A stretch of DNA of 32,000 nt from Acholeplasma laidlawii PG-8A (GTDB lineage: Bacteria > Bacillota_I > Bacilli_A > Acholeplasmatales > Acholeplasmataceae): assembly GCF_000018785.1 (NCBI RefSeq), contig NC_010163.1:30001-62000 (forward strand), in the 5' to 3' direction. Under the pieces are notes generated by a model. It did no database searches and was not told where the DNA came from. It saw only the letters and a list, made by a program, of their open reading frames with translations. Below are positions 18,492-27,169 of the stretch, piece after piece (position 1 is the stretch's first letter; each line of letters opens with the position of its first letter). Position numbers and translations under genes: made by a program.

Positions 18492-21095
18492 ATGACAAAA
18501 CTATTTTCTTACCCTATGAAAAAATTAGTTGTCTTAACAGTGCTTATAGCTACATTATTTACACTTATAGCTTGTATAAATGAAAATGAACATACGAATG
18601 ATACAGATGTTACTATTACATTTGAAACAAATGATACAGTGACTAAAGGATCAGTAATAATCAAATCGGGAACCTTATTAAGTGAAACAGATCTATCTAT
18701 TCATGATAGAGAGCATTTCACTTTTAATGGTTGGTATATAGATGAGGCATTAACTCAACCTTTTGACCCATTAGAAGAAATAAAAGAATCTATAAAATTA
18801 TACGCTAAATGGACAGAAGATGAAGTGCCTACTTATCGTTATGAACTTCTATTCAACGGTGGTAACTACTGGTATGAAAACAGAGAACAAATGGTAGATG
18901 ATTTTATAAGTGATTATAATACATTTAGTGATAATACATATACCCTTGAAACTTTACCGATGGATAAAGACAGTTTATTAGATATTGCTGAATTTATGTA
19001 TGAAGAAACCTATAGAACAAAGTGGTTATGGTTAACAAGATATTTAAGATTAGTCGGATCAGATACTAATAAATCCTCTATGAGTGCATTATTAGCTCAA
19101 TCTAGTTTAGATAAGTTCTTGGCACAAAACGAGAAAAATAGAAAAGCTGTATCTTATGAAATTAGAGCGTTTATCAAAGGGGCACAGTTTACAGATGATG
19201 CAACATTAAGTTCATCAGATTATACAGACACAGAACTTAAAACAGGATTTTGGCCATTCATAGTCGGATCTCAACAAGCCATATTTGAAGATGCAAAACA
19301 CGAGGTGATATTACCAACCACCTTATACAAAGAAGGCTTTGTGTTCTATGGTTGGTATTTAACTGAAAACTTTTATGGTGAACCAGTAACTAAAATTAAT
19401 GGTTCAGCAACTTTATTTGCAAGATTTGATGGTGAAAATCCAATTGATTCCGTCATTATTGAAAACGAAGTAGAATATATGGAAAAAGGCACAGAGTTAG
19501 CACTGGATATAACAATTCTTCCACTAGATGCAACCTATACTGATTTAAGATTTGAAATTAGAGAGCAATCTGTAGCATCGATAAGTGCTGATGGTGTTAT
19601 TACAGCACTTAATGAAGGAGAATTTACATTATATATCATGGCTGAAAATGGTAGATTATTAAAGGTTCTTGACATGACAGTTTATCCAAAAGATGATATT
19701 AACTTAACCTTTAATGAAGGTTTTAACGGTTACTTAAAAGTGGATGAACAATTTGAAATTGAAGTTACTGGTGTAGGTAGAGATGCATCAAGTAACCACT
19801 ATACATTTAGTGTTGTTGATGACAGTGTGATTCAAATGTCTGAATCGGGTGTATTTAATGCACTTAAAGTAGGTTCTACAGAAATTAATATCTTAAACTT
19901 AGATACAGTTGTAATGACATATACTGCAATTGTTCAAGATGACTTATCTACATCGAGAGTTGATCAGTTACTTGAGTTATTAAGAGATGGACATAATGCT
20001 GTAGCTACACCATTTACTTTAGTAACCAGATATGAAACAACCAATGAATGGCGTGATCCTAGACATGAAAGTGTCAACACCTATTTATTTGATGATTTAG
20101 TGATTGATAAAGATAGTTATCCAATGCCAGACGGCTTAAAAAACAGTGGTGCTAGACCTTCAACAGAATTTATCTTATTACATGATACAGCAAATCTTCA
20201 TATTGGATTAATGGCACACGGTGCATTTTTCCAAAGTGCTGCAAATGCAGTATCTATTCACTATATTACAGGGGACTATGGTGTACTACAAAGTCTAGCT
20301 GAAGATAGAATTGGATGGCATGCTGGTGATGGTACTGGTACAAGTTTTCAGTGGTATAAGACGGGTGTCATGGCAACCAATAATGAAAAACCATTTATTG
20401 ATATTTCAGAAGATGGATTCTTCACCTTTAACGGTGAAAAATCAGTAGTTGAAGCACCAAGAGGTTTAAATGGTGAAATTCTTACTAGAGATTACTTTAC
20501 ATATCTAGGACCAACTTGGGATATATTTGATGGTGAGTATGTCATCGGTAGAACATACCTTGCAACTAACCAACAAAAACGTGGCGTGATTGCATCCTTT
20601 GGTGGAAATAGAAACTCAGTGGGTATTGAAATGAGTATTAATGTCGATGGCGATATTGTCGATACAGTACAAAGAACAGCAAAACTTGTTGCATACCTAT
20701 TAGAAAAATATGACTTACCAAATCATAGAGTTATTTCACATAATACAACAGATGGTAAGGGAGATCCTTACACATTACACAATACAGTCTATAAAGGCAC
20801 TTGGTACTTTGATAGATTTATGGAACACGTCGAAATCGAGCGTGAGATCTTAGTGAATTATAGCGATGCTAAAATTACACTCACATCAGATTCAGATTTA
20901 GTATCAAGCACAGGTAGAATTACAAGATTCCCTGATGTAACAACTGAAGTTAAATATACAATAACAGTTGAAATTGATGGTGTTTCAAAATCAATCGATC
21001 TAGTAAGTGTTGTTCCAGGTATGAGTACATGGAATCAATACCATGGCTTCTTTACACCAACACAAGCATGGGCTAAAGCAGACTATAGAAATTAA
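18492..21095 (+). CDS. Surface lipoprotein: InlB-like (Listeria-Bacteroides) repeats, Ig-like module, C-terminal N-acetylmuramoyl-L-alanine amidase (Amidase_2)-like domain
   Basis: Lipobox TLFTLIACINEN; repeat VTITFETNDTVTKGS...FNGWYIDEALTQPFDPLEEIKESIKLYAKW; Big2-like ILPLDATYTDLRFEI...ISADGVITALNEGEFTLYI; amidase-like EFILLHDTANLH, GWHAG, NRNSVGIEMSINVDGD, VISHNTTDGKGDP. Confidence 0.8.
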   Translation: MTKLFSYPMKKLVVLTVLIATLFTLIACINENEHTNDTDVTITFETNDTVTKGSVIIKSGTLLSETDLSIHDREHFTFNGWYIDEALTQPFDPLEEIKESIKLYAKWTEDEVPTYRYELLFNGGNYWYENREQMVDDFISDYNTFSDNTYTLETLPMDKDSLLDIAEFMYEETYRTKWLWLTRYLRLVGSDTNKSSMSALLAQSSLDKFLAQNEKNRKAVSYEIRAFIKGAQFTDDATLSSSDYTDTELKTGFWPFIVGSQQAIFEDAKHEVILPTTLYKEGFVFYGWYLTENFYGEPVTKINGSATLFARFDGENPIDSVIIENEVEYMEKGTELALDITILPLDATYTDLRFEIREQSVASISADGVITALNEGEFTLYIMAENGRLLKVLDMTVYPKDDINLTFNEGFNGYLKVDEQFEIEVTGVGRDASSNHYTFSVVDDSVIQMSESGVFNALKVGSTEINILNLDTVVMTYTAIVQDDLSTSRVDQLLELLRDGHNAVATPFTLVTRYETTNEWRDPRHESVNTYLFDDLVIDKDSYPMPDGLKNSGARPSTEFILLHDTANLHIGLMAHGAFFQSAANAVSIHYITGDYGVLQSLAEDRIGWHAGDGTGTSFQWYKTGVMATNNEKPFIDISEDGFFTFNGEKSVVEAPRGLNGEILTRDYFTYLGPTWDIFDGEYVIGRTYLATNQQKRGVIASFGGNRNSVGIEMSINVDGDIVDTVQRTAKLVAYLLEKYDLPNHRVISHNTTDGKGDPYTLHNTVYKGTWYFDRFMEHVEIEREILVNYSDAKITLTSDSDLVSSTGRITRFPDVTTEVKYTITVEIDGVSKSIDLVSVVPGMSTWNQYHGFFTPTQAWAKADYRN

Positions 21096-21109
21096 TAATG
21101 CAAAAAGAT

Positions 21110-21149
21110 AAGAGAACTTTATAAAAACAAAACATAAAGTTCTCTTATG
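21110..21149 (+). terminator. Terminator-like hairpin between the two lipoprotein genes
   Basis: AAGAGAACTTTAT ... ATAAAGTTCTCTT, 13-bp stem; T-run is weak. Confidence 0.55.
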
Positions 21150-21170
21150 TATATAAAGGGATAAAAAAAT

Positions 21171-21203
21171 ATGAGAAAAATAAGGGGAATAAGAGAACTA
21201 TGA
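21171..21203 (+). other. Possible leader mini-ORF (MRKIRGIREL) overlapping the lipoprotein start by 4 nt
   Basis: AAAGGGA 9 nt before ATG; reads atg aga aaa ata agg gga ata aga gaa cta tga, with the stop overlapping the ATG at 21200. Confidence 0.4.
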
Positions 21204-24200
21204 ATATCATCAAATATCCAAAAATAGTAACGAGTATTTTGATGGTTTTAAGTATGTTTATACTCGTATCATGTACAAATAATCAAGAGAATATAATTTT
21301 AAGTTTATCCACATATGAAGAAGCGTTAGAAGTTGGACAAACACTTCAAATAAACCATGAACTTAAAACAGGTGATAAAATCATTAATGACACCATAAAC
21401 TGGGAAAGCACGAATGAAGGTGTAGCAACCATTCAAACAGGTTTAGTGCGTGCTATAAGTGAAGGTACTACAACAATTAAAGCTACCTACAAAACGCTAA
21501 GTCAAAGTGTTGTAATTACAGTTACAAAAAAATCTGAAACTTCCTATACCGTGTCGTTTAATACAGATGGTGGAACCGTTATAGAACCGGTAAATGTTTT
21601 AGAAGATTCGATTATAACTAGACCAGCGAATCCTACTAAAGAAGGACACTCATTTAGTAACTGGTATATAGATGAAGAGTTTTTAGAAGCGTTTGACTTT
21701 AATGATGTCATCACAAGTGATTTAGTGTTATATGCTAAGTTTATACCTAATCAATATAGAATAACTTTCACTACAAATCATACGACTTTAAAAGAGGATA
21801 TTTTAATCCATCACGGGAATACTTTAAATGAAGAACAACTCACTCTAGAAGCTAATGACAAGGCAGTGTCTGGTTGGTATTTAGATAGTGAATTAAAGAA
21901 CGCTTTTAATTTAGAAACTGTTATCACAAATGATTTAACACTTTATGCTAAGTGGGATGTAAAAAAAATAAGTATATCCTTTATAACAAATGATGAAACT
22001 ATCACGAAACCCGCTATTCAAATGAACTATGGTACTCAAATGAGTGCTGCTCAATTAAATATCGGCAGTAAGCCGTTTCACGACTTTGATGGCTGGTATT
22101 TAGATAGTGATTATAGCGAGGCTTTTGTAAGAACGATACCCTTAACTACATCACTTACTTTATATGCTAAGTGGGTAGAACATGAAAAGACTTATTATAC
22201 TGTAAACCACTTAATTAAAACATCATCTACAACAAGTGAAGTACATCAAACTTACCAAGTACAAGATGTCTATGTCGGCCAAGTTGTTCGAATTGATGCA
22301 CTCAATATACCAGATATGTATGCTGATAATTTAGTAGTAGAGGCGACCATAGAAAAAGATGGTCAAACCATAATTAATCTATATTATGGTCCAAAGGGTT
22401 ATACATATGAACTCGACTTCAACGGTGGTAATACAAGATATAGTAATAGAGAAGCTATGGTTGAAGATTGGATTAAAGACTATAATAGTTTCGCTGGAAA
22501 AACATATACATTAGAAACCCTACCAATGGGTTCTTGGGAACTTGGTAATATCCATAGTTTTATGTATAGTCCAGTATACCGAAATAAATGGTTATGGATT
22601 GCAGACTATTTAAAAGTGGTTGGATCAGCAACCAATAAAGGACCTGTAGGATTACTTATTACAACACCTACGCTTCAACAATTTGATGCCGTTAGTGATA
22701 ACAATAAATACGCGGTAAGTTATGAAGTTAGAGGCTTCATTAAAGGTGAAAAGTTTACTGCAAATGCAAGTTGGCAGTCTTCTGATTATGGAATTAATGA
22801 TTTAAAGCACGGCTTTTGGCCATATCTAGAAAAGGCAGAACAAAAGATTATAACGAATGGACAATTTGATGTAACACTGCCTACAAATGTGTATTATCCG
22901 TATCATGAATTTATTGGTTGGTATGATAATGAAGCACTTGAAGGAGAGTCTATCACGGTGATTAATGGACCAACCAAGGTATATGCTAAATTTGAAGAAA
23001 TTAATCCGGTTACGCTATTAGAAATAGATAACCCGATTGAAGAGATGGAAAAATTAACACAGTATCAATTAAATGTCACGATCTTACCTGAGGATGCCTA
23101 CAATAAAACATTGGTATATAGTTCCTCAGATGTGCGTATTGCAACAATTAGTTCAAGTGGTTTAATAGAAGCACACAATGAAGGTGAAGTTGTCATAAAA
23201 GTAACTTCTCAAAATGGTAAGGTCTCATTAGAATTTAATTTAAAGATATATCCCAAAGATGATATCATGCTTCAATTTGATGAAACATTTAATGGTTACA
23301 TTACAGTTGGAGATAGTTTTAATATGGAAGCTATTGGTGTTGGCCGTATGGCTACAAGTGAGCACTATAACTATGACATACTTGATACAAACGTACTTAC
23401 AATGTCTGAACCTGGGTTATTTCATGCGGTGTCAGAAGGTACAACTCAAATTGATATATATAACTTAGATACGCTTCAATATAGTTATAAAGTCATCATT
23501 CATCCTAAGTTTTCAACTTCTAGAATTGATCAATTACTAGAAATACTTGCAAACGGACATAATCCTGTTGCAACAGGTGTAAACTTCATTCCATACTACA
23601 CAGCAAGTGAAGAATGGTCTGATCCAAGACATGAAAGTGTAAATAGCTATTTATTTGATGATTTTGTAGTAGATAGAACGGGCTATAGAGTACCAGATGG
23701 CTTAAAGGATAGTGGAACACGTCCTTCTACGGAATTTATTCTCATGCATGATACAGCAAACTTAAATGGTGGGCTCGTTGCACACGGAAACTTCTTTATG
23801 AAGACTGATAACAACGTATCCATTCACTATATTACAGGTGACTACGGAATTATTCAAAGTTTAAGTGATGATAGAATAGGTTGGCATGGAGGGGATCGTA
23901 ACTTACCATTTGAGTGGTTAAAAACCGGTGTGATGGCAACATCAAATGAAGCGCCTTACATTGATATAGCTCCAAACGGGTTTTACACATTTAATGGTAT
24001 ACAAACACTTATCATGGCACCAAAACATACCAATGGTAGCATGTTAGATCGTTCATACTTCACATATCTTGGACCAACTTGGGATATATTTGAGGGTGAA
24101 TATGTCATGGGAACAACCTACTTTACTACAAGTCAACAAAGTAGAGGGGTGATTGCTACTAGAGGCGGAAATAGACACTCAGTGGGTATTGAAATGTCTG

Positions 24201-24661
24201 TCAACAAAGATGGTGATATTATGGATACAGTGCAAAGAACTGCTAAACTTGTTGCTAACTTACTAGAACAATATGACCTAGACAATAGCCGCGTGATTCT
24301 TCATAATACAACAGATGGTAAGGGCGATCCTTATACATTTAACAATACGATTTATAAAGGTAGTTGGTATTTCGATCGTTTTATGGAGTTCGTTTCGATT
24401 GAACGTACGATATTAAAAGACTTTTCTGATGCTAAAATTACCTTAACATCAAACTCACCTTTAGTATCAAAAACAGGACGCATTCTTCACCTACCTGATA
24501 TGACAACAGAAGTAACTTATACAATCACTGTTGAACTAGATGGTGAAACAAAATCTATAGAACTTGTAACAGTAGTTCCAGGTATAAATACTTGGAGTCA
24601 AAACTATGGTTTCTTTAAACCGTTCCAAGCTTATTCAAAATCAGATTATAGACAATCCTAA
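21200..24661 (+). CDS. Paralogous large surface lipoprotein with added N-terminal Ig-like and InlB-like repeats and an Amidase_2-like domain
   Basis: Lipobox SMFILVSCTNNQ; three InlB-like repeats each ending LVLYAKF/LTLYAKW; MucBP-like YYTVNHLIKTSS segment; same C-terminal HDTANL, GWHGG, NRHSVGIEMSVNKDGD, ILHNTTDGKGDP as 18492..21095. Confidence 0.8.
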   Translation: MNIIKYPKIVTSILMVLSMFILVSCTNNQENIILSLSTYEEALEVGQTLQINHELKTGDKIINDTINWESTNEGVATIQTGLVRAISEGTTTIKATYKTLSQSVVITVTKKSETSYTVSFNTDGGTVIEPVNVLEDSIITRPANPTKEGHSFSNWYIDEEFLEAFDFNDVITSDLVLYAKFIPNQYRITFTTNHTTLKEDILIHHGNTLNEEQLTLEANDKAVSGWYLDSELKNAFNLETVITNDLTLYAKWDVKKISISFITNDETITKPAIQMNYGTQMSAAQLNIGSKPFHDFDGWYLDSDYSEAFVRTIPLTTSLTLYAKWVEHEKTYYTVNHLIKTSSTTSEVHQTYQVQDVYVGQVVRIDALNIPDMYADNLVVEATIEKDGQTIINLYYGPKGYTYELDFNGGNTRYSNREAMVEDWIKDYNSFAGKTYTLETLPMGSWELGNIHSFMYSPVYRNKWLWIADYLKVVGSATNKGPVGLLITTPTLQQFDAVSDNNKYAVSYEVRGFIKGEKFTANASWQSSDYGINDLKHGFWPYLEKAEQKIITNGQFDVTLPTNVYYPYHEFIGWYDNEALEGESITVINGPTKVYAKFEEINPVTLLEIDNPIEEMEKLTQYQLNVTILPEDAYNKTLVYSSSDVRIATISSSGLIEAHNEGEVVIKVTSQNGKVSLEFNLKIYPKDDIMLQFDETFNGYITVGDSFNMEAIGVGRMATSEHYNYDILDTNVLTMSEPGLFHAVSEGTTQIDIYNLDTLQYSYKVIIHPKFSTSRIDQLLEILANGHNPVATGVNFIPYYTASEEWSDPRHESVNSYLFDDFVVDRTGYRVPDGLKDSGTRPSTEFILMHDTANLNGGLVAHGNFFMKTDNNVSIHYITGDYGIIQSLSDDRIGWHGGDRNLPFEWLKTGVMATSNEAPYIDIAPNGFYTFNGIQTLIMAPKHTNGSMLDRSYFTYLGPTWDIFEGEYVMGTTYFTTSQQSRGVIATRGGNRHSVGIEMSVNKDGDIMDTVQRTAKLVANLLEQYDLDNSRVILHNTTDGKGDPYTFNNTIYKGSWYFDRFMEFVSIERTILKDFSDAKITLTSNSPLVSKTGRILHLPDMTTEVTYTITVELDGETKSIELVTVVPGINTWSQNYGFFKPFQAYSKSDYRQS

Positions 24662-24673
24662 CGAAACTACATG

Positions 24674-24709
24674 ACACCCCAAGTTTGAGATTAAACTTGG
24701 GGTGTTTTA
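24674..24709 (+). terminator. Intrinsic terminator after second lipoprotein gene
   Basis: ACACCCCAAGTTT-gagatt-AAACTTGGGGTGTTTT. Confidence 0.9.
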
Positions 24710-24727
24710 CTTAATTAAAAATATATA

Positions 24728-24757
24728 TTGAAATAAGACTCGTATATTTGATATAAT
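24728..24757 (+). promoter_or_regulatory. Promoter of ppa
   Basis: TTGAAA -18 nt- TATAAT. Confidence 0.6.
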
Positions 24758-24834
24758 AAAACACCGCAAAAGATAGAAAAATACCTAATTTAGTGATACA
24801 ATGTATATGCTAATAGAGGAAAAAGGTGAATATT

Positions 24835-25377
24835 ATGAATATATGGCATGACATAAATCCATCCCGCATAACACCGGAGCGTTTTATTGTTTGTATTGAG
24901 ATTACTAAAGGTAGTAAAAAGAAGTACGAACTAGATAAAGAAACAGGGATGATTATTTTAGATAGAGTATTATACACATCAGCACATTATCCAGCGAACT
25001 ACGGATTTATTCCTAGAACATATGCTGGTGACAATGACCCACTTGATGTATTAGTACTATGTCAAGAAGACATTGAGCCAATGTCTTTAGTAGAAGTGTA
25101 TCCAATTGGTGTCATTAAAATGATTGATAGTGATGAAGTAGATGAGAAAATTATTGCAATTCCTTATGGGGATCCATCTATGACACAGTATAAAGATTTA
25201 AAGGGGTTACCACATCATTTGCTTTCTGAGATTTCTCACTTTTTTGAAGTGTATAAATCCCTAGAAGGAAAGAAAACATACATTCTTGACATTGAGTCAA
25301 GAGATGAGGCAATTAAAGTTGTATCTGAGGCTATGGTCTCATACGACAAAGTATTTACAAATAAGAAAGAGAAGTAA
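24835..25377 (+). CDS. ppa: Inorganic pyrophosphatase (family I)
   Basis: KYELDKETGMIILDRVLYTSAHYPANYGFIPRTYAGDNDPLDVLVL; the ORF-track start 24826 is GTG and probably part of the ribosome-binding region, ATG at 24835 preferred. Confidence 0.94.
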   Translation: MNIWHDINPSRITPERFIVCIEITKGSKKKYELDKETGMIILDRVLYTSAHYPANYGFIPRTYAGDNDPLDVLVLCQEDIEPMSLVEVYPIGVIKMIDSDEVDEKIIAIPYGDPSMTQYKDLKGLPHHLLSEISHFFEVYKSLEGKKTYILDIESRDEAIKVVSEAMVSYDKVFTNKKEK

Positions 25378-25382
25378 ACATT

Positions 25383-26102
25383 ATGGGTAGAGCATTCGAA
25401 GTAAGAAAAGCATCAATGGCAAAAACTGCCGCAGCAAAATCAAAAGTATATTCAAGATATGGTAGAGAAATCTACATGGCAGCTAAAGCAGGAACACCAG
25501 ATCCTGAGACAAACCAAGCTCTTAAAAGAGTTATTGAACGTGCAAAGAAGGAACAAGTCACAGCTGATATTATTAAACGTAATATTGATAAAGCTAAAGG
25601 TGGCAGTGATGAAAACTATGCAGAAATCAGATATGAAGGTTTTGGTCCAGAAGGTAGCTTAATTATTATTGAGTGTTTAACTGATAATACAAATAGAACC
25701 ATTTCAGATGTACGAAAACTATTTAACAAGGCATATGGAAAACTAGGTGTATCCGGTTCTGTGTTACACCAATTTGACCATAAAGCAGTATTTGAAGTTG
25801 AAGCACCTGAAAATAAATTATTAGAAATCTTATTAGAAAACGATGTTGATATTACTGACTATGAAGCAGAAGAAGGTGTAGTTACAATCTATGCTGAACC
25901 TACTGAGTACGGTAAAATAGCTGACGTTTTAAAGGATAACAACCTAGAGAGTAAGGAAGAAGCAATTATGTTTATTCCGATGCAAACCATGGAAATTAAA
26001 GATCCAGAAGAACAAGCTAAATTTGATCGCTTGATTGAAGGATTAAATGAACTGGATGATGTCAAAGATGTTTTCCATAACGTTATAAGTTCTGGAGAGT
26101 AA
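25383..26102 (+). CDS. yebC: YebC/PmpR family transcriptional regulator (TACO1 family)
   Basis: MGRAFEVRKASMAKTAAAKSKVYSRYGREIYMAAKAG...NQALKRVIERAKKEQV, YEGFGPEG, VLHQFDHKAVFEV. Confidence 0.93.
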   Translation: MGRAFEVRKASMAKTAAAKSKVYSRYGREIYMAAKAGTPDPETNQALKRVIERAKKEQVTADIIKRNIDKAKGGSDENYAEIRYEGFGPEGSLIIIECLTDNTNRTISDVRKLFNKAYGKLGVSGSVLHQFDHKAVFEVEAPENKLLEILLENDVDITDYEAEEGVVTIYAEPTEYGKIADVLKDNNLESKEEAIMFIPMQTMEIKDPEEQAKFDRLIEGLNELDDVKDVFHNVISSGE

Positions 26103-26129
26103 TTTATAATACTTTTATAAAAAAACTTT

Positions 26130-26175
26130 GAGGTATATCACTTGATTAATCGGTGTGATATACCTCGTTTTTTTT
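26130..26175 (+). terminator. Intrinsic terminator after yebC
   Basis: GAGGTATATCAC ... GTGATATACCTC followed by GTTTTTTTT. Confidence 0.9.
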
Positions 26176-26261
26176 ATTTATTAGTGGTTTTATAAATTGA
26201 TAGTAAGTTTAATCGCTACATGTTTATTCTGATAATTATAATCTGTTAATATTGCTAATAT

Positions 26262-26564
26262 ATGAGCACTATGAAAAATAAAAATATGTTTGATATAAGT
26301 GACTTTGTTGGTGTCGAAACAATTCAAGTAGTCAAACATAATTTAATAAATAGATTTAAATTAAGAAGAAAAGAATCTAGAATGACTCAAAGACTTTTAA
26401 GTCAAATGTCTGGTGTTAGCTATGCATCAGTTAGGCGATTTGAGACTTCAGGAGATATTTCTTTTGCCTCACTTCTAAAGCTAAGTGAAGCACTTGGATT
26501 GCTTTTGGAATTTAATCAGCTATTTAGTAGACCTATAATTAAGGATATTCGGAGGGGAAAATGA
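26262..26564 (+). CDS. XRE-family HTH protein, HipB-like antitoxin
   Basis: LRRKESRMTQRLLSQMSGVSYASVRRFETSGDISFASLLKLSEALGLLLEF; followed by a 4-nt ATGA overlap with a hipA-like reading frame. Confidence 0.75.
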   Translation: MSTMKNKNMFDISDFVGVETIQVVKHNLINRFKLRRKESRMTQRLLSQMSGVSYASVRRFETSGDISFASLLKLSEALGLLLEFNQLFSRPIIKDIRRGK

Positions 26565-26692
26565 AAATCGATATAAAGCGACTTACGGTAACCTATAACA
26601 ATAAAGTTGTTGGTTATCTGGAAGATATAGGTGAAGGTGAAATTGCTTTTCAATATGACGTTTGGTGGAAACAATCAGGTTCTTTACAGTAA
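26561..26692 (+). pseudogene. Truncated hipA-like remnant (43 codons)
   Basis: MKIDIKRLTVTYNNKVVGYLEDIGEGEIAFQYDVWWKQSGSLQ* resembles the N-terminus of HipA-family kinases; stops where the family continues for several hundred residues. SD GGAGGGG upstream. Confidence 0.6.
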
Positions 26693-26892
26693 CATATATT
26701 GTAAATATTCTAGTGATTCATTTGATTAATATGAATTTAGAGAATAGATTTCATGTTGTTTTTAATTTACTTAAAAATAATATATATCTTTATATAACAC
26801 CACTCATATTATCTTTACTAACACTTATGGGCAGTTACATACAGATAGTCACTAGACTTAGCAGAAAACAAATCATTGCTGAATTTGACTAG
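26662..26892 (+). other. Possible membrane-protein fragment, doubtful ORF with GTG start
   Basis: NNIYLYITPLILSLLTLMGSYIQIVTRLSRKQIIAEFD is TM-like with a basic tail; no SD, overlaps the hipA remnant. Confidence 0.3.
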
Positions 26893-26925
26893 TTCTGGAT
26901 TTAATAAATTCAATGTTAAAGAAAT

Positions 26926-26970
26926 CAAAAGGATATTGATTGTTTTAAAGACTATCAATATCCTTTTAAT
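26926..26970 (+). terminator. Intrinsic terminator
   Basis: AAAAGGATATTGAT ... ATCAATATCCTTTT, 14-bp stem. Confidence 0.75.
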
Positions 26971-26996
26971 TTATAGATAAAATACGACAAAAATGT

Positions 26997-27010
26997 TGTA
27001 AGCGTTATCA
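26997..27010 (+). promoter_or_regulatory. cre-like site in the intergenic region upstream of glyA
   Basis: TGTAAGCGTTATCA matches TGWAANCGNTNWCA at every specified position. Confidence 0.5.
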
Positions 27011-27105
27011 ATTATAGGTTTATTTGCAATTAGATTATTTAATCTATAAAATATATGCATTGATTTACTTTACGCATTTTTTGTTATGTCCAAATCACCA
27101 TTGCA

Positions 27106-27127
27106 ATGTATAAATATATTTATACAT
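27106..27127. promoter_or_regulatory. 22-bp perfect palindrome upstream of glyA-rnf
   Basis: ATGTATAAATATATTTATACAT; followed by a TATAAT at 27135-27140. Confidence 0.55.
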
Positions 27128-27169
27128 GGTAAAATATAATGAAAAGATATTTTGCGGTGAGGTATAACT

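Noticed and set aside
23259-23468. Plus-strand 69 aa ORF in an alternative frame of the second lipoprotein gene
   Set aside because: Nested out-of-frame ORF with no start signals; the enclosing frame is well supported.
18492-24661. The repeat-rich lipoproteins as parts of a defence or contact-dependent toxin system
   Set aside because: No immunity gene, toxin domain or secretion partner is visible; the sequence supports only surface lipoproteins with an amidase-like domain.
25459-25662. 67 aa ORF overlapping yebC out of frame
   Set aside because: Conflicts with conserved YebC sequence.
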